Source: Prasinococcaceae sp. CCMP 1430
Lineage: Eukaryota > Plantae > Prasinodermophyta
Assembly: GCA_013416795.1 (NCBI GenBank)
Contig: RQSC01000025.1
Location: forward strand, 314,137-378,136
DNA length: 64,000 nucleotides
Direction: 5' to 3'
The position numbers and the translations under genes are program-made. Below are positions 47,362-58,266 of the stretch, one piece after another (the first letter of the stretch is position 1; each line of letters begins with the position of its first letter). The notes beneath the pieces are model-generated. The model ran no database searches, had not been told where the DNA came from, and saw only the letters and a list, made by a program, of their open reading frames with translations.

Positions 47362-48130
47362 ATGGGAGGACCGGGCTCGGGCCGCAAGAGGGGCTCCAAG
47401 AACAAGACGCCATCCAAGGCGGCGCAGGCCGCGGCGGGGATGGGCGTCCCCACCGACAGCACGCCGAAGGTGATGCGCGCTCGGTGCCCCCCTCCAAAAC
47501 TTTCCTCTTTTGCCGCTCCTGCCCCTGCAGCGCGTCAGGTTCGAACACAAGTGCTTGCGGGTCGAGCACAAGTGCCTGTGTTGGCGGGTAGACGCTGGCG
47601 CAGTCGTTTGCGTGGGCGCCCACCTAGCCTCGGCCTGGATTGGAGGCGTGTCGTCTCGCGCGTCCGTCCCGTGCGTGGGCACGTGCACGCGCGCGCACGG
47701 TGCGCACGCACTACGGACTGCCGTGTCGTGTCGCGGCTGGAGAGATGAACTCTGCCATAGCGATGGGGATCGCCATCGTCCTCGAGTAGCGCACAGATTG
47801 TGTGGATTGGTGCGCGGTGCTCTGGGCAAGCTGAAACGCTGATGCTGACCATGATCCGCGCGCGCTGCCTGGCGTTGCGAGCAGAAGCGCGGCCGCCCAA
47901 AGAAGGATCGCTCGATGGAGTCGCCCGTCGCTAAGCGCCCGCGCGGCCGCCCGCCGAAGGCACGCGCAGTGCCCATCGAGTTCCGCCCGACGCCGCCCGC
48001 CTCCGTCAAGGAGGGGGAGGTCGTGGCGTACCTCGATCTGCAGGATGGCGGGCTGAAGGTGAAGCTGACGAAGAACGGCACCCTGTACACCGGTCTGCTG
48101 CCGCTCGTGCTCGAGGCCGAGACCAAGTGA
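47362..48130 (+). CDS. Small AT-hook DNA-binding protein
   Basis: GRKRGSKNK, KRGRPKK and RPRGRPPK motifs; intron 47470-47884; TGTAA at 48254. Confidence 0.75.
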
Positions 48131-48544
48131 GCGCGCGCCATGCTACGCGCGCACGAGCACGCGCGGTCATGGTCGCGCGGCGTGCGCCCGCTCCGCCTCA
48201 TGAGCGCGCGAGGTATACTGAGCGCGAGGAGCGCCCTGTCCCAGGCGCAGCCATGTAATCAGGGCTGCACTCGGTCCCTTTGATAGATCGATCGTGGTCA
48301 CGGCTTGCTGCAGCGCTTTTGCGCGCGCAGAGCATGCTGTGGACACAAATCCCAAACGGGGAAGCCGCGCCGAAGGCGGCGCCATGGCGCAGTATGTGCC
48401 CCCCTTTTCTTGAACGAAGCGCAATCGAGACAGTCCTACGAATGCCGACGCGTCGCTGGCCGCGTCTGAGCGAAGGCGCTTCGCACATGTGAGAAGCGAG
48501 CCACGCGACTTCAAAATTACACAGCGTGGCGCACGAGCGCAACC

Positions 48545-51058
48545 TCACTTGCGCTTGCGCGCGGACCGGCGCACGGGCGAGGCCGCCTCCTCGGGCTGTG
48601 CCGCCACCGGGATCACCGCTTCGTTGGGCTCATCGTTTTGGAGGCGCTTGAGTGCCAGGGGCACACTGGGGGAATCGACGCTGGGTGCTGCCCCGGCACT
48701 GCGCTTGCGTGAGCGCGTGCTGCGTGCCGAGGTGGGATCGCTCGGTAGCGCTTTGGTCGCCCCTGTCCGCGCCACAGCTGTCTTGGCAGTCGCGCGAGCA
48801 GTCGGCCGCCGCAACTTGCTCCCCCTCCCAGCGGTCTTTGCATCGATCGTTGCAGTAGAAGCAACAGGTTCCACGGGGGTGGCCTCCGGCGCCGGCGGGC
48901 CCTCGTCGCGAGCGGCAGTCTGGGCAGCCTCGCTCAGACGCCGCAGCAAGTCGGCCTTGCGGCCAGTCGTGGGAAGGCCGCGCGCCCCCAGCTCGCGCTC
49001 CAACTCGGCCACTTTCATTGCAGACATCTCCTCCTCGGAAGGGAAAGGAGTGCTTGTGGTCGCTGGCAGCGCAGGCGTCGCGGTTGTAGGCGCAGGGGTT
49101 GCCTCCGGCTCCGGCGCGCCCTCGTCGCGAGCGGCAGTCTGGGCAGCCTCGCTCAGACGCCGCAGCAAGTCGGCCTTGCGGCCAGTCGTGGGAAGGCCGC
49201 GCGCCCCCAGCTCGCGCTCCAACTCGGCCACTTTCATTGCAGACATCTCCTCCTCGGAAGGGAAAGGAGTGCTTGTGGTCGCTGGCAGCGCAGGCGTCGT
49301 TGCAGTCTGGGCAGCAGCTAGCCCGGACACAGCTTCGGCTCCGCGCTGGCGACTCGAGCGCCGGCCGGCGCCAGAGGTGGGTGCGACCGAAGGTGCCGAT
49401 GCCTGTACCGGCTCCGGCGACTCAATCGCTGCCTCGCTCGGGGTTGGCACAGCACGGCTGGCACGCCGAGACCGCTTTGCTGGCGGGGCCGCGTCTTCCT
49501 GAGCCCCGAGGCCAATCTCGGCACCGCCTGCTGGCTCCGCCGCGTCGACACTGATGCGCTTCGAGGATCGGCGCCTCTGAGGAGACACAGCGTCACGCGA
49601 GGCGACCTTCTCTGCTACGCCGCGCTCCTTGTCCTTGCGCTTGCGTGAGCCTCGCGGAGACTTTCCTGCCGGAGACTTTCCTGCCGGGGACTTTCGCGCT
49701 TGTGCAGACGTGTGCTTGGCCTCCGCGTGTGACGCCTTCGCGTCCTGTAGGATCTTCTCCTTGTCCGCAATAGCTTTCTGACGTATCGCGTCCGCCTCAG
49801 CCTTCGCCGAAGCGAGCACGTCCTGCGCCTTCAGTTTTGCAGCAGCCAGCGCCTCTGTTGCGTCCCTATGCGCTGCTTCAGCCTCCTCGCGCCTGCGCGC
49901 AGCATCAGCTCGAGCCGATTCAGCCGCGGCAAGTTTTTCGGAAAGCTGCACCTCCTTCTCAGAAACGGCCGCTTCATGCGCCTTGAGGGCGCCCGCACGG
50001 CTTTCAAGCTGCGCACTCTGGACTCGCAGCTGTTCCATCCGATCCTCGTATTCCTGCCGCTCCTGCTCGGCGAGCGCGCGTGCCTCCTGGTGTGCCGTTT
50101 CTGCGAGCGCGGCGGCCTCCATTCGCTCTGTGGCCTTCGCCATTTCGCGGCGTGCGGCGGCTTTCGCAGCTTCTTGGTCGGCTGCTGCCGCCGCGACGCG
50201 AGCTCCTGCGTCTCGTGTTGCCGTGTCCGCTGCGGCTGTTGCCACCTCAGCCTTGGCCTGAGCCGCCTTCATCGCCGCCTCCATCTTGCCGCTCTGGGCC
50301 TCGGCGGCGAGGGCCCTTTCCTCCGCGCTCCTCCTCGCCTCGACGAGCTTTGCAGCCTGCGCTTCGTGGGTCTTAAGCGACGCCGCCTCATCCGCTGCAA
50401 TCTTCCTCGCAGCCTCTTCGGCGGCTTCGATCTTCTGCTCGGCCTCCAGCGCGCGCTTGCGCCACTCCTCGACCTGCGACGACGCCATGCTCATCTGGAG
50501 CTCGGCCTCATTGCTTCTCTGGGCGGCTTCGGCCATGGCCTTCCTTGAGTTGGCATCGACCTCGTCGATACCCGCGTGCGCAATCTCCAGCCGCTCCAAA
50601 AGGTCGTTGCGCTCGACGGTGTACTCCAGCCGCTCCGTCTCGAGCGCAGCAATGCGCCGTTCCATCTCCTGAGCGCGCGCGCGACTCACTGTATCACCTG
50701 AAGTCCCGCCACACGCGCCAAGGGCGCCGCGATCGCGGAATGTGTCCCACACCGAGCGAACGGGAGGCACCGCGGCCGAGGCGGGACGCGGCTGCGGCCT
50801 TTCGGTGAATTCTTCGCCTGCCTCATCCAGCGACGAGAAAAGCGGCATGCGCATGCCGAGCGAAGCGTACGCCCTCTTGGCGCGCGCGCTTGAGAATGCG
50901 CCCCCGGACGCTGGAGGCTCGCGTGGCTGTGGCGTGGCCGCCGCGGCGGTGGCAGCCGCAGATACCAAGAGCGCGCCCGCGCCTTCCAGACCCTCGCCAC
51001 CTGCGCCGGGCGATGCAGCGAAAAGCGGGTTCGTAGCGCCGAGCTCGGCCATCACCAT
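48545..51058 (-). CDS. Coiled-coil protein with two SAP domains
   Basis: Long E/A/K/R heptad region; two copies of MSAMKVAELERELGARGLPTTGRKADLLRRL; basic C-terminus; TGTAA at 48517-48521. Confidence 0.85.
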   Translation of the reverse strand: MVMAELGATNPLFAASPGAGGEGLEGAGALLVSAAATAAAATPQPREPPASGGAFSSARAKRAYASLGMRMPLFSSLDEAGEEFTERPQPRPASAAVPPVRSVWDTFRDRGALGACGGTSGDTVSRARAQEMERRIAALETERLEYTVERNDLLERLEIAHAGIDEVDANSRKAMAEAAQRSNEAELQMSMASSQVEEWRKRALEAEQKIEAAEEAARKIAADEAASLKTHEAQAAKLVEARRSAEERALAAEAQSGKMEAAMKAAQAKAEVATAAADTATRDAGARVAAAAADQEAAKAAARREMAKATERMEAAALAETAHQEARALAEQERQEYEDRMEQLRVQSAQLESRAGALKAHEAAVSEKEVQLSEKLAAAESARADAARRREEAEAAHRDATEALAAAKLKAQDVLASAKAEADAIRQKAIADKEKILQDAKASHAEAKHTSAQARKSPAGKSPAGKSPRGSRKRKDKERGVAEKVASRDAVSPQRRRSSKRISVDAAEPAGGAEIGLGAQEDAAPPAKRSRRASRAVPTPSEAAIESPEPVQASAPSVAPTSGAGRRSSRQRGAEAVSGLAAAQTATTPALPATTSTPFPSEEEMSAMKVAELERELGARGLPTTGRKADLLRRLSEAAQTAARDEGAPEPEATPAPTTATPALPATTSTPFPSEEEMSAMKVAELERELGARGLPTTGRKADLLRRLSEAAQTAARDEGPPAPEATPVEPVASTATIDAKTAGRGSKLRRPTARATAKTAVARTGATKALPSDPTSARSTRSRKRSAGAAPSVDSPSVPLALKRLQNDEPNEAVIPVAAQPEEAASPVRRSARKRK
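48899..49299. repeat. Intragenic tandem duplication, period 219 bp, with ~180 bp apparently identical
   Basis: 48901-49080 matches 49120-49299; encodes the duplicated SAP domain. Confidence 0.9.
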
Positions 51059-52036
51059 CGTCGTAGCCGCGTGGCACGGCGCTCGGCGGCGGCGGGGGCT
51101 GCGCCGGCGGCTGCAGCGCGCTCCAGGCTGGGCGCGCGCCGCTGTGCACGGAGTGGCGCCGCCCGCGCGTCCCCGCCACATAGGGCACGGCCGGAGGCGC
51201 CGCGCGCCGAGTCGCCGCGAAAACGCGCGCGCGCCCTTTTTTTCCCCCTCCCCCCGGGGGAAATAAACAAAATAAAAAGCGCCAAAAAATGGGCGCGGAA
51301 AAAACTCGGCGCGGCGCGCGGCGCGCGCGAGCGCGGCTGGAGGGTGACACGTCGGGTGCCACGCTGCAGACTCCCCCGGTGTCAGCCAGGCCAGCCAATA
51401 GTAGCTATTGGAGTGACTTGGGACTAGTCCATGTCAGCGCGGCATGTGATCATTCCGAATTGATGCCGGGGATGGCGGCCGGACCGGTCCCGGGCAGATT
51501 CGGTCTGCGCAATCGGGATCCTCGAATCCTATCTGGCGCGCGCGGGCGAGCGAGGACCGCAGCAGGCCCCCGAAAAGCGCGCCGCGCAATCGCGCCGGCG
51601 ATGATAATTACAGGCGCTGGCTGGAGGGCGCACGCAATCGCGCGCGCGCGCGGCGGCCAGCCGCCCTTATCCTCTGCGCCGCGCGCGCAGAGGCGGCGCG
51701 CGCGCGGGGCGCAAACGCAAGGCCCAGCGCGCGCTGCTGCGGCGGCCGCTTCTGCCGCGCCACACGCGCACGCGCCCTCGCGCACGTTCGCAGGCTTGCG
51801 CGCGCGAGCGCACATACGCTTCCCCGGCTTGCCCCCGCTCCAGGTTCCCTCCCCCGCTCGCGCCTAACCAGCACACCCACACATCAACCAGCCCCACACC
51901 CCTTCCGCTCAGTCCTTCGCACCCATCCGCGCACGCAACTTGCCTCTTCCTGGCGCGCTGCTGACGCTCCGTCGGCGAGGATCGAGAGCCACGCACGCGC
52001 ACAAGGACGCGCACACGACACGTGACCATCGTGCCG

Positions 52037-53194
52037 ATGACGAACGGCAGCGCCGCATTGGCTCAAGCTTACGTCGCGGGGGAAGAAGAGCCGTCAGGGC
52101 TCGAAGCGCTCCTCTCGGCAGACGGTCCTTGCCTGGGCCCGATCGCGATCGCCTGCGTCGTCTTCCTCGCCATTCACGTGTGGGCGCAGAGGGCATTTCC
52201 CGATTCGGACGCGTACACCAACACGGTGCGAGCGAGCGGGTGCGCCCTTGCGCGCATCCGTGCCAATGGAGCTTGCCCCTGACACCGCGCGCGCGTGCCT
52301 TCGCGCAACGCGCACGTTCGCAGGCGATCGGTCGCGGCGCTGCGGCGACAATCCTTTGCGTGATGGGTGCCATCGGTATGGCGGGCAACTCACACCATGC
52401 TGGCCGCGGCTTCGTGCCCGTGGAAGGCACGGAGGTCGACCAGAGATACCTCGCGCTGCCGCAGAGGAGTGCGTGGGCGCGCGCGCGCTCGCACGCGCGT
52501 GAGCAGCGCTTGCACCTGCGTGCGGAAATGTGCGCGCATCCGTTCACCTGCTCTGACACTTGCCCTCTCGCCACAGTCGCGCTAGGTCACTTCGTGGCTG
52601 ATCTTTTGTGGCTGGTGTACGCGAAGCAGCGATACGCGCAGGCGCCGCGCAAGGACTTGGTCGCTCACCACCTGCTGTGTCTGTTGGGGTACACGTACAT
52701 GATGGACACTCCGGGGGCGCTACTCGCCAGCACAGCAGTACGTGTGCGCTCTTGTGGGCTCTTGTGGGCGTGTCGCGCCGCGCGCCGCGCGCGTGCACGT
52801 GCCGGCACCGACTGACATATCACATACGCGACACAAACGGCCCCGGACTCCTATCCCTTAGATGACCGCCGAGCTGATGCCTGTGACGTCCTTTTTGGGT
52901 GCTCTTGGAAAGGCAACGGGCAACAAAATCCTTGTGCATGCGGCACCTGCCGGCCGCCTGGCGAGCCTGGTGCTCTGGCGCGTGCCCATGTGGAGCGTTA
53001 TGGTGTATCACTGCATCAAGGCGCTCACGCAAGGCTCAACTGGCGAGATGCGCAGCATGCATATCATGGGCATCCTCCTGGGCGTGTCCATTGTCAGCAT
53101 GGACACGCACTGGACCAAAAAGTGCATCAAGCGCGTCGCCAGTGGCAAGGGGTGCGCAGTCCCTGCGCTAGAAATCAGGGCCAAGGTCGCGTAG
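52037..53194 (+). CDS. TLC (TRAM/LAG1/CLN8) domain membrane protein
   Basis: GHFVADL...DLVAHH...E...R...D.HW pattern across TM helices; introns 52226-52323, 52469-52576, 52738-52861. Confidence 0.7.
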
Positions 53195-53634
53195 GATGGC
53201 TGCGCGTACGAAACGCGCACGCTAGCAGATGCATTGCCGCCCCGTGGCAACAAGCCGTACATGGCGCTTCTGCACACGCACTGTCGATGGTACCTGGTAC
53301 GGCGAACAGCACCTGTGCTTGTGCTCCGATGTGTGTGTGTGTGTGTGTGTGCGTGTTTGTGTGCACTTCAAGGAAACGTAACGCGCGTGGTCACAGCTCG
53401 CGAGGACCATGCGCAGGTGTGCGGAGGCAGCAGCTACGTAAATTGTTGTGTTAACGAATGCAAAATTGACCCACATCCTCTACACATGAGGGTCGGTGCC
53501 ATGTGCGTGCGCGGCACGCGCGCGCCCACGCACAAGCCGCGAGTGCGAACGCGGGCGTGCATATGCGCGCTCGAAGTCATTCCCGCTCTGTCTCGCGCAC
53601 AGAAATGTCAAAGGACAAAGCGTGTGGTTCCTCG

Positions 53635-55276
53635 TCACTGCCGTTGGGCTCCACTGCTGCCAACGCCGCGCGTATCGCTTGCGCTCCGACCTGCAGAGTT
53701 GTGCCCCCTCGAATTTCCGTCCGAGTCAACCTTCGTTGAACGCGTCTGCACGGCCTCAGCCGACCCGTGCAGTGTGCCTGCTTTGGTGGTCGCCATTCGC
53801 CTCTTGCCAGGGCCATCTTTGCGCTTGGCGACGAGCGCGGCAGCAGCACTGCGGCGCTGCTGCGCTGGCGTTGGCAGCGTGGCGAACTCCTTGCGAAGAA
53901 AGATGGCATTGGGGACATTGAGAATGGAGCCGCCGTCCTCGCCGTCGCAGCGAAGTGTGACAGTGCGCAGGTTCACGCTCTCGCATGTGGCCTCCACCCA
54001 CTGGCCACCGACGCTCAGGCCGACGCGCCGCCCGGGTTGCACGACACCGCCCGCCACGAGCTGGAGGCCCGACACGACGTTAGCAGCGATGTCGCGCGTG
54101 GCGAAGGCCAACGAGCACCCCACGGGGATGACCATCGAGGAGATGCTCACACCCAGAACCGCAAGAGACATGACGCCGCCGCCCAGCATCGCGCCCATCT
54201 CCACCACGATGGTCGCCGGGACCACGTCAGCACGGCGCAGCAAGCCGCGGCGCGTGGCACGCGCCAGCAGATCCGACGCGCCGCGGCACACCAGGTAGGA
54301 CGCCCAGAGGATCACGCTCACAGACGCAATCTTGGGGAGCATGATTGAGACGTTCTGAGCAGCGCCCTTCGCGACTGCGAGCGCAACAGCGCGCGCCGCG
54401 TCGTGTGGCGTCCACCCACATTGTTCCGTGTGGAAGCGCGTCAGCGTCGCAGAAAGCGGGCATTGGGAATCGCCAATCCATGCACGCGCGGCAGGCGTGC
54501 CCTTCAGGCGCGGTCGCGAGCGCGCGCCTGAGGCGTCAGCTAGCTGGCGGCCACGCACCGAAGCCGAGGGAGATGAGCAGTGGCGCGAGCAGCGACAGGC
54601 TTGTCTGCGCGACCACCCACTGGCCGAGCGCCGCAGTTTGTGTCATCAGCATGGGCAGTACGACCGGCATGTTGACGATGGCAGCCGAGACAGCCGTGAA
54701 CTGGCGCGCGGTCGAAAACATGGGGTTCCTGAACGCCGCCACCACAAGTGCGCCCACGCGGCCGAAGACGCCGAGCGCGCGCCCCTTCTCCTCTGTGCTG
54801 CCCGCCCCCGCGCCCCTGCTGCCGTCGTCACCCCCGCCCTTCTCCCCATCGCTCCCATCTTGGGCCAGGCCGCCTCCAGCGGCCGAGTCCTCGCGCTCAG
54901 TCTCACTGTCGACAGGTCCTCTCGCCCCCTCGCCCTCCTCGCCCCCAGCCGTGAGTGCATCCACCTTTGCGATCGCCGCCTCGGCCTCGTGTGCGGCCTC
55001 GTGCGCGCCGGCGTCCTCGCCGCCCGCCCGTTCGTGCTTGCTCTCGTCCACCACGCGGCCCTCGGCCTCGGTGCCGCAGTCGCCTGTACGTGCCTCGTCG
55101 GCGCCCCTCTCAGCATCGTTCTGGCGGTAGCACCGGAGTACCCCCGCGGCCGCGCTGCCGGGCATGGGAGTGTGGCGGCACGGCTGCCGCGACAGCCGCC
55201 GTGGCAGTGCCCCGCGCGCCGTCCAAGGAGCGCGCACGTGAGCGCGGCCCTGCAGCGTCGCGCCCGTCGCGCTCAT
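53635..55276 (-). CDS. MscS-like mechanosensitive channel with transit-peptide-like N-terminus
   Basis: LAFATRDIAANVVSGL...V.LR.VTLR...ILNVPN motifs; intron about 54375-54558. Confidence 0.78.
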
Positions 55277-57162
55277 GGTCGCTGTCGCGCGCTCTGCCTC
55301 GCACGCAAGCCGCGGCTGGCCGGCGGACGGGCGGGCGAGTATGCAGGTGTGTGCGTCTCCGGGTGGCGAGGCGCTTGCCTCGCGCACCTGCCCCGCGCGC
55401 GCTGTGTGGCACCCCGGCTCGCCTGCGCGCACGGGTGGTAGCTGCCGCCGCAGGTCCTTTCGGCCGTGGCGTTGCAGGAGCAGCGCCTGCCGCGCCCCCG
55501 CCCCCTGCGCGAGGGCTTGCCGTGGGGTGCAGGCGTGCGGCGGTGGATAAGCGCCGGGCGACACACCCTCGAGAACATGTCGCCCGACCCGCGCTGCGAC
55601 GCGCACTTCGCGGAGTTTTGCCGCAGCCGAATCCCTTCCGCAAAGTCGGCCCGCCGGCCTGCGGAAACGCACCCGAGACACCGCCCGTTCCCGCGGAGCG
55701 CCGCCGGACGAAATCCCGCCAGACTTCGGGTGCTTGGAGCTTGGGGTTGCCTTGGCAAAGCGAAGGTTCGAACGAACGAATGGGACCCTGGGCGCGCGCT
55801 GTTTAGGGTAATGTAAGAGGGTTTATAGCCTGTTTTTGAACCTGGTGCTGGGGAAGGGGGGGGAAGAGAGGGGGGGGGAAGGAGTGGAGTGGCGGGGTGG
55901 TCACTTCGAGGACTAGAGGCAGGGCCTCGCGCGGCGGCGCGCGGTGCGCGCCGCCGCTGGGCGACTGGGGGATGGCGAGCGCGGGCGCGGACCCCGCGAT
56001 TTGAGGATGTCCACACACGGCGTGAGGCGAGGCAGCAGCGGCTGGTGCGGCGCCCCGCGGCGCCCCGCGGCGCGCGCGCGCGCGCGAATCTCGCGGTGGG
56101 GACAGCTGCACACAAAAAACAGCCAATTCAACGCAAAATCAAAAATGGCGTGCGACACTCCTCGCACGACCGAACCGAGTCGACCGACTCGCCGAACAAT
56201 TGGAAGAGAGGATGGCAGGAGGCACAGCGCGAGGGATTTGCAATGCACTCGCAGGCTGGCCGGAATTAAGAAGCTTCGTACAGTACTTTGCGTGTTGGTT
56301 CGTGGCTGGTTGGGTGGTGTCAAACTACTTGCAAATTCGGAATCTCATTTGAATCAACCAATGGAACCTTCGTACCCCTGATGTAAAAAAGCCATCCAGC
56401 CAGACACTCGGTCAGTCGGCCAGCAGAAGAAGCCGGAACGGACGGCGCGCGGCGCGAGCGCGCGCGGCGGCAAGGCAAAATATCCGGCCGCGGAGGTGGG
56501 GGAACGCACCCGGCCGGCCTTAGGGCGGCGCAGCAGGGCGGGGTGCTACCAAGGTAGACGCCACCGCCGCGTGGCCCGCAAAACAAACCAACCAGTCGTC
56601 CGCCGATTGACAATGGAGAGTTCCGCGGAAATTTGCCGGAAACACAAGGTTGGCACAGGGTGCCAGCGGCTGGTTCTAATCCTGCCTCTGAGGTAGCAAC
56701 CAACCAACACTTGGGTTGGTTGTGGACTTGGCTCGGGTGAAGACAGCGGGGTCTGTCATCAGGAACCGGTTTTGGCAGTGTGCCGTGCACGCGCCGTGTC
56801 CTCCCGTGACGTGGCGCGCGCACGCACGCTCCTCCCGCTACTACCTACTGCACCCCCCCGCCCGGCCGGAGGACCGGCAAAGCTCCTGTCAAGCACAGAC
56901 GGGGTCCATCGACTCCCTTGCTTCGCGAGCCGCGGATCCCCGCCGGGGTTCCTGCATTTATTCGAGGTTTGGCAGCATTCGTTGTGGATAGACCGGCCTG
57001 GGTCACGCAGGTGGTTCCTGGCGGCGCCGCCGCCGATGGCTGCCGCCGCAGCGCGGGGTCGCGGCAGCGCCGCGCCAACGGCAGCGGCGGCCCGCAGGGG
57101 GGTCACAGCGCATGCAGCGCGGGCGGCCGGCCACCCACCGCGCACAAGGGGCTTACGCACTC

Positions 57163-57940
57163 ATGCTCGCGTGCGCCACACTCTGCGCAGCCCGCGCCGC
57201 AGCCGCACCCATCAGGCCCACACCGTTCGCTCGCGCCACCCGCTCCACCAAGACGGCAACCCCTTCGTGCTCCCTCCGCATGGGCACCACCGCGAGCGCC
57301 CCTGATGGTCTCAGCGATGGCTGCAAAGGCGCGCCCGTGATGCCTGGACAGAAGGTGCGCCTACACTGCGCTCCCCCCCTGCTGCTCGTCTCTGTCTTGA
57401 AGCTCTCTGACCCCCACGACCACGCTCCCTTGCACGCAACCAACCCCACGCCCAAACATCCAGCTGCCGCTGGTCGGAGACGAGAGCATTATGAGCAAGA
57501 AGGCGCACGGTACCACCGACCGGCCGGTGCAGCAGGGTCTGCGCTGGGGCTGCTCGCAGCAGACCGCAGACAAGATCGTGTCCTTCAACCGTCACTACGC
57601 GGAGCACAGCGGGTACTGGCTGACGACGAACTTCCTTGAGGAGGAACCGGCCGCGTCGGGCGAGCCTATCACCTTCCGCGACTCCGTGACGGGCGCGCCG
57701 CTCTTCCGTGCGCCCATCGGCCGCTCCTGGGACGCCTTCGTGACCGAGTCCCGCCAGCACGGTTGGCCGTCTTTCCGAGACGAAGAAGTCGTGTGGGATA
57801 ATGTGCGCGTGCTGCGCGACGGCGAGGCCGTGTCCGTGACAGGCTCACACCTCGGCCACAACCTGCCTGACCGCACCGGGAACCGCTACTGCATCAACTT
57901 GGTGAGCGTCGCGGGCAACGAGCCCGTTGCCGAGGAATAG
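57163..57940 (+). CDS. MsrB-like methionine-R-sulfoxide reductase, organelle-targeted
   Basis: G.PLF, HGWPSF, SHLGH, RYCIN motifs; intron 57355-57463; TGTAA at 57987. Confidence 0.8.
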
Positions 57941-58266
57941 AATAGCGCGGCCCAGCTTGGGACGCAGGGGGCGCCCCACTCGCGGGTGTAATGAGAGTGG
58001 TGTTATCATGCATTGCCTGCACATCTTCGCCGACCGATCGTTATCATCGCCCGCGCGCGCGGCGCGCGCGCTTGGGGGGTGGATGCTTCGAGGCGCGCGC
58101 GCACGCCTCGCGCGTGTACCGCCCCCAAACTTCCCAAAAAATCGCAGCCACATCTTTACAACCCGGCACGTGTGCGTGAGCTTGAAACGGGGCCCGACGC
58201 TGGCCTGCCCCACTCAGACGTTGACCCACCCCCACTCCAAGTGCGTCGCTGCCGCGGCACCCGGTC

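Noticed and set aside
56292-56710. Possible MITE with ~16-bp imperfect terminal inverted repeats (GTGTTGGTT...AACCAACAC)
   Set aside because: Made of low-complexity GGTT/CAAC repeats common in the window; no target-site duplication or second copy.
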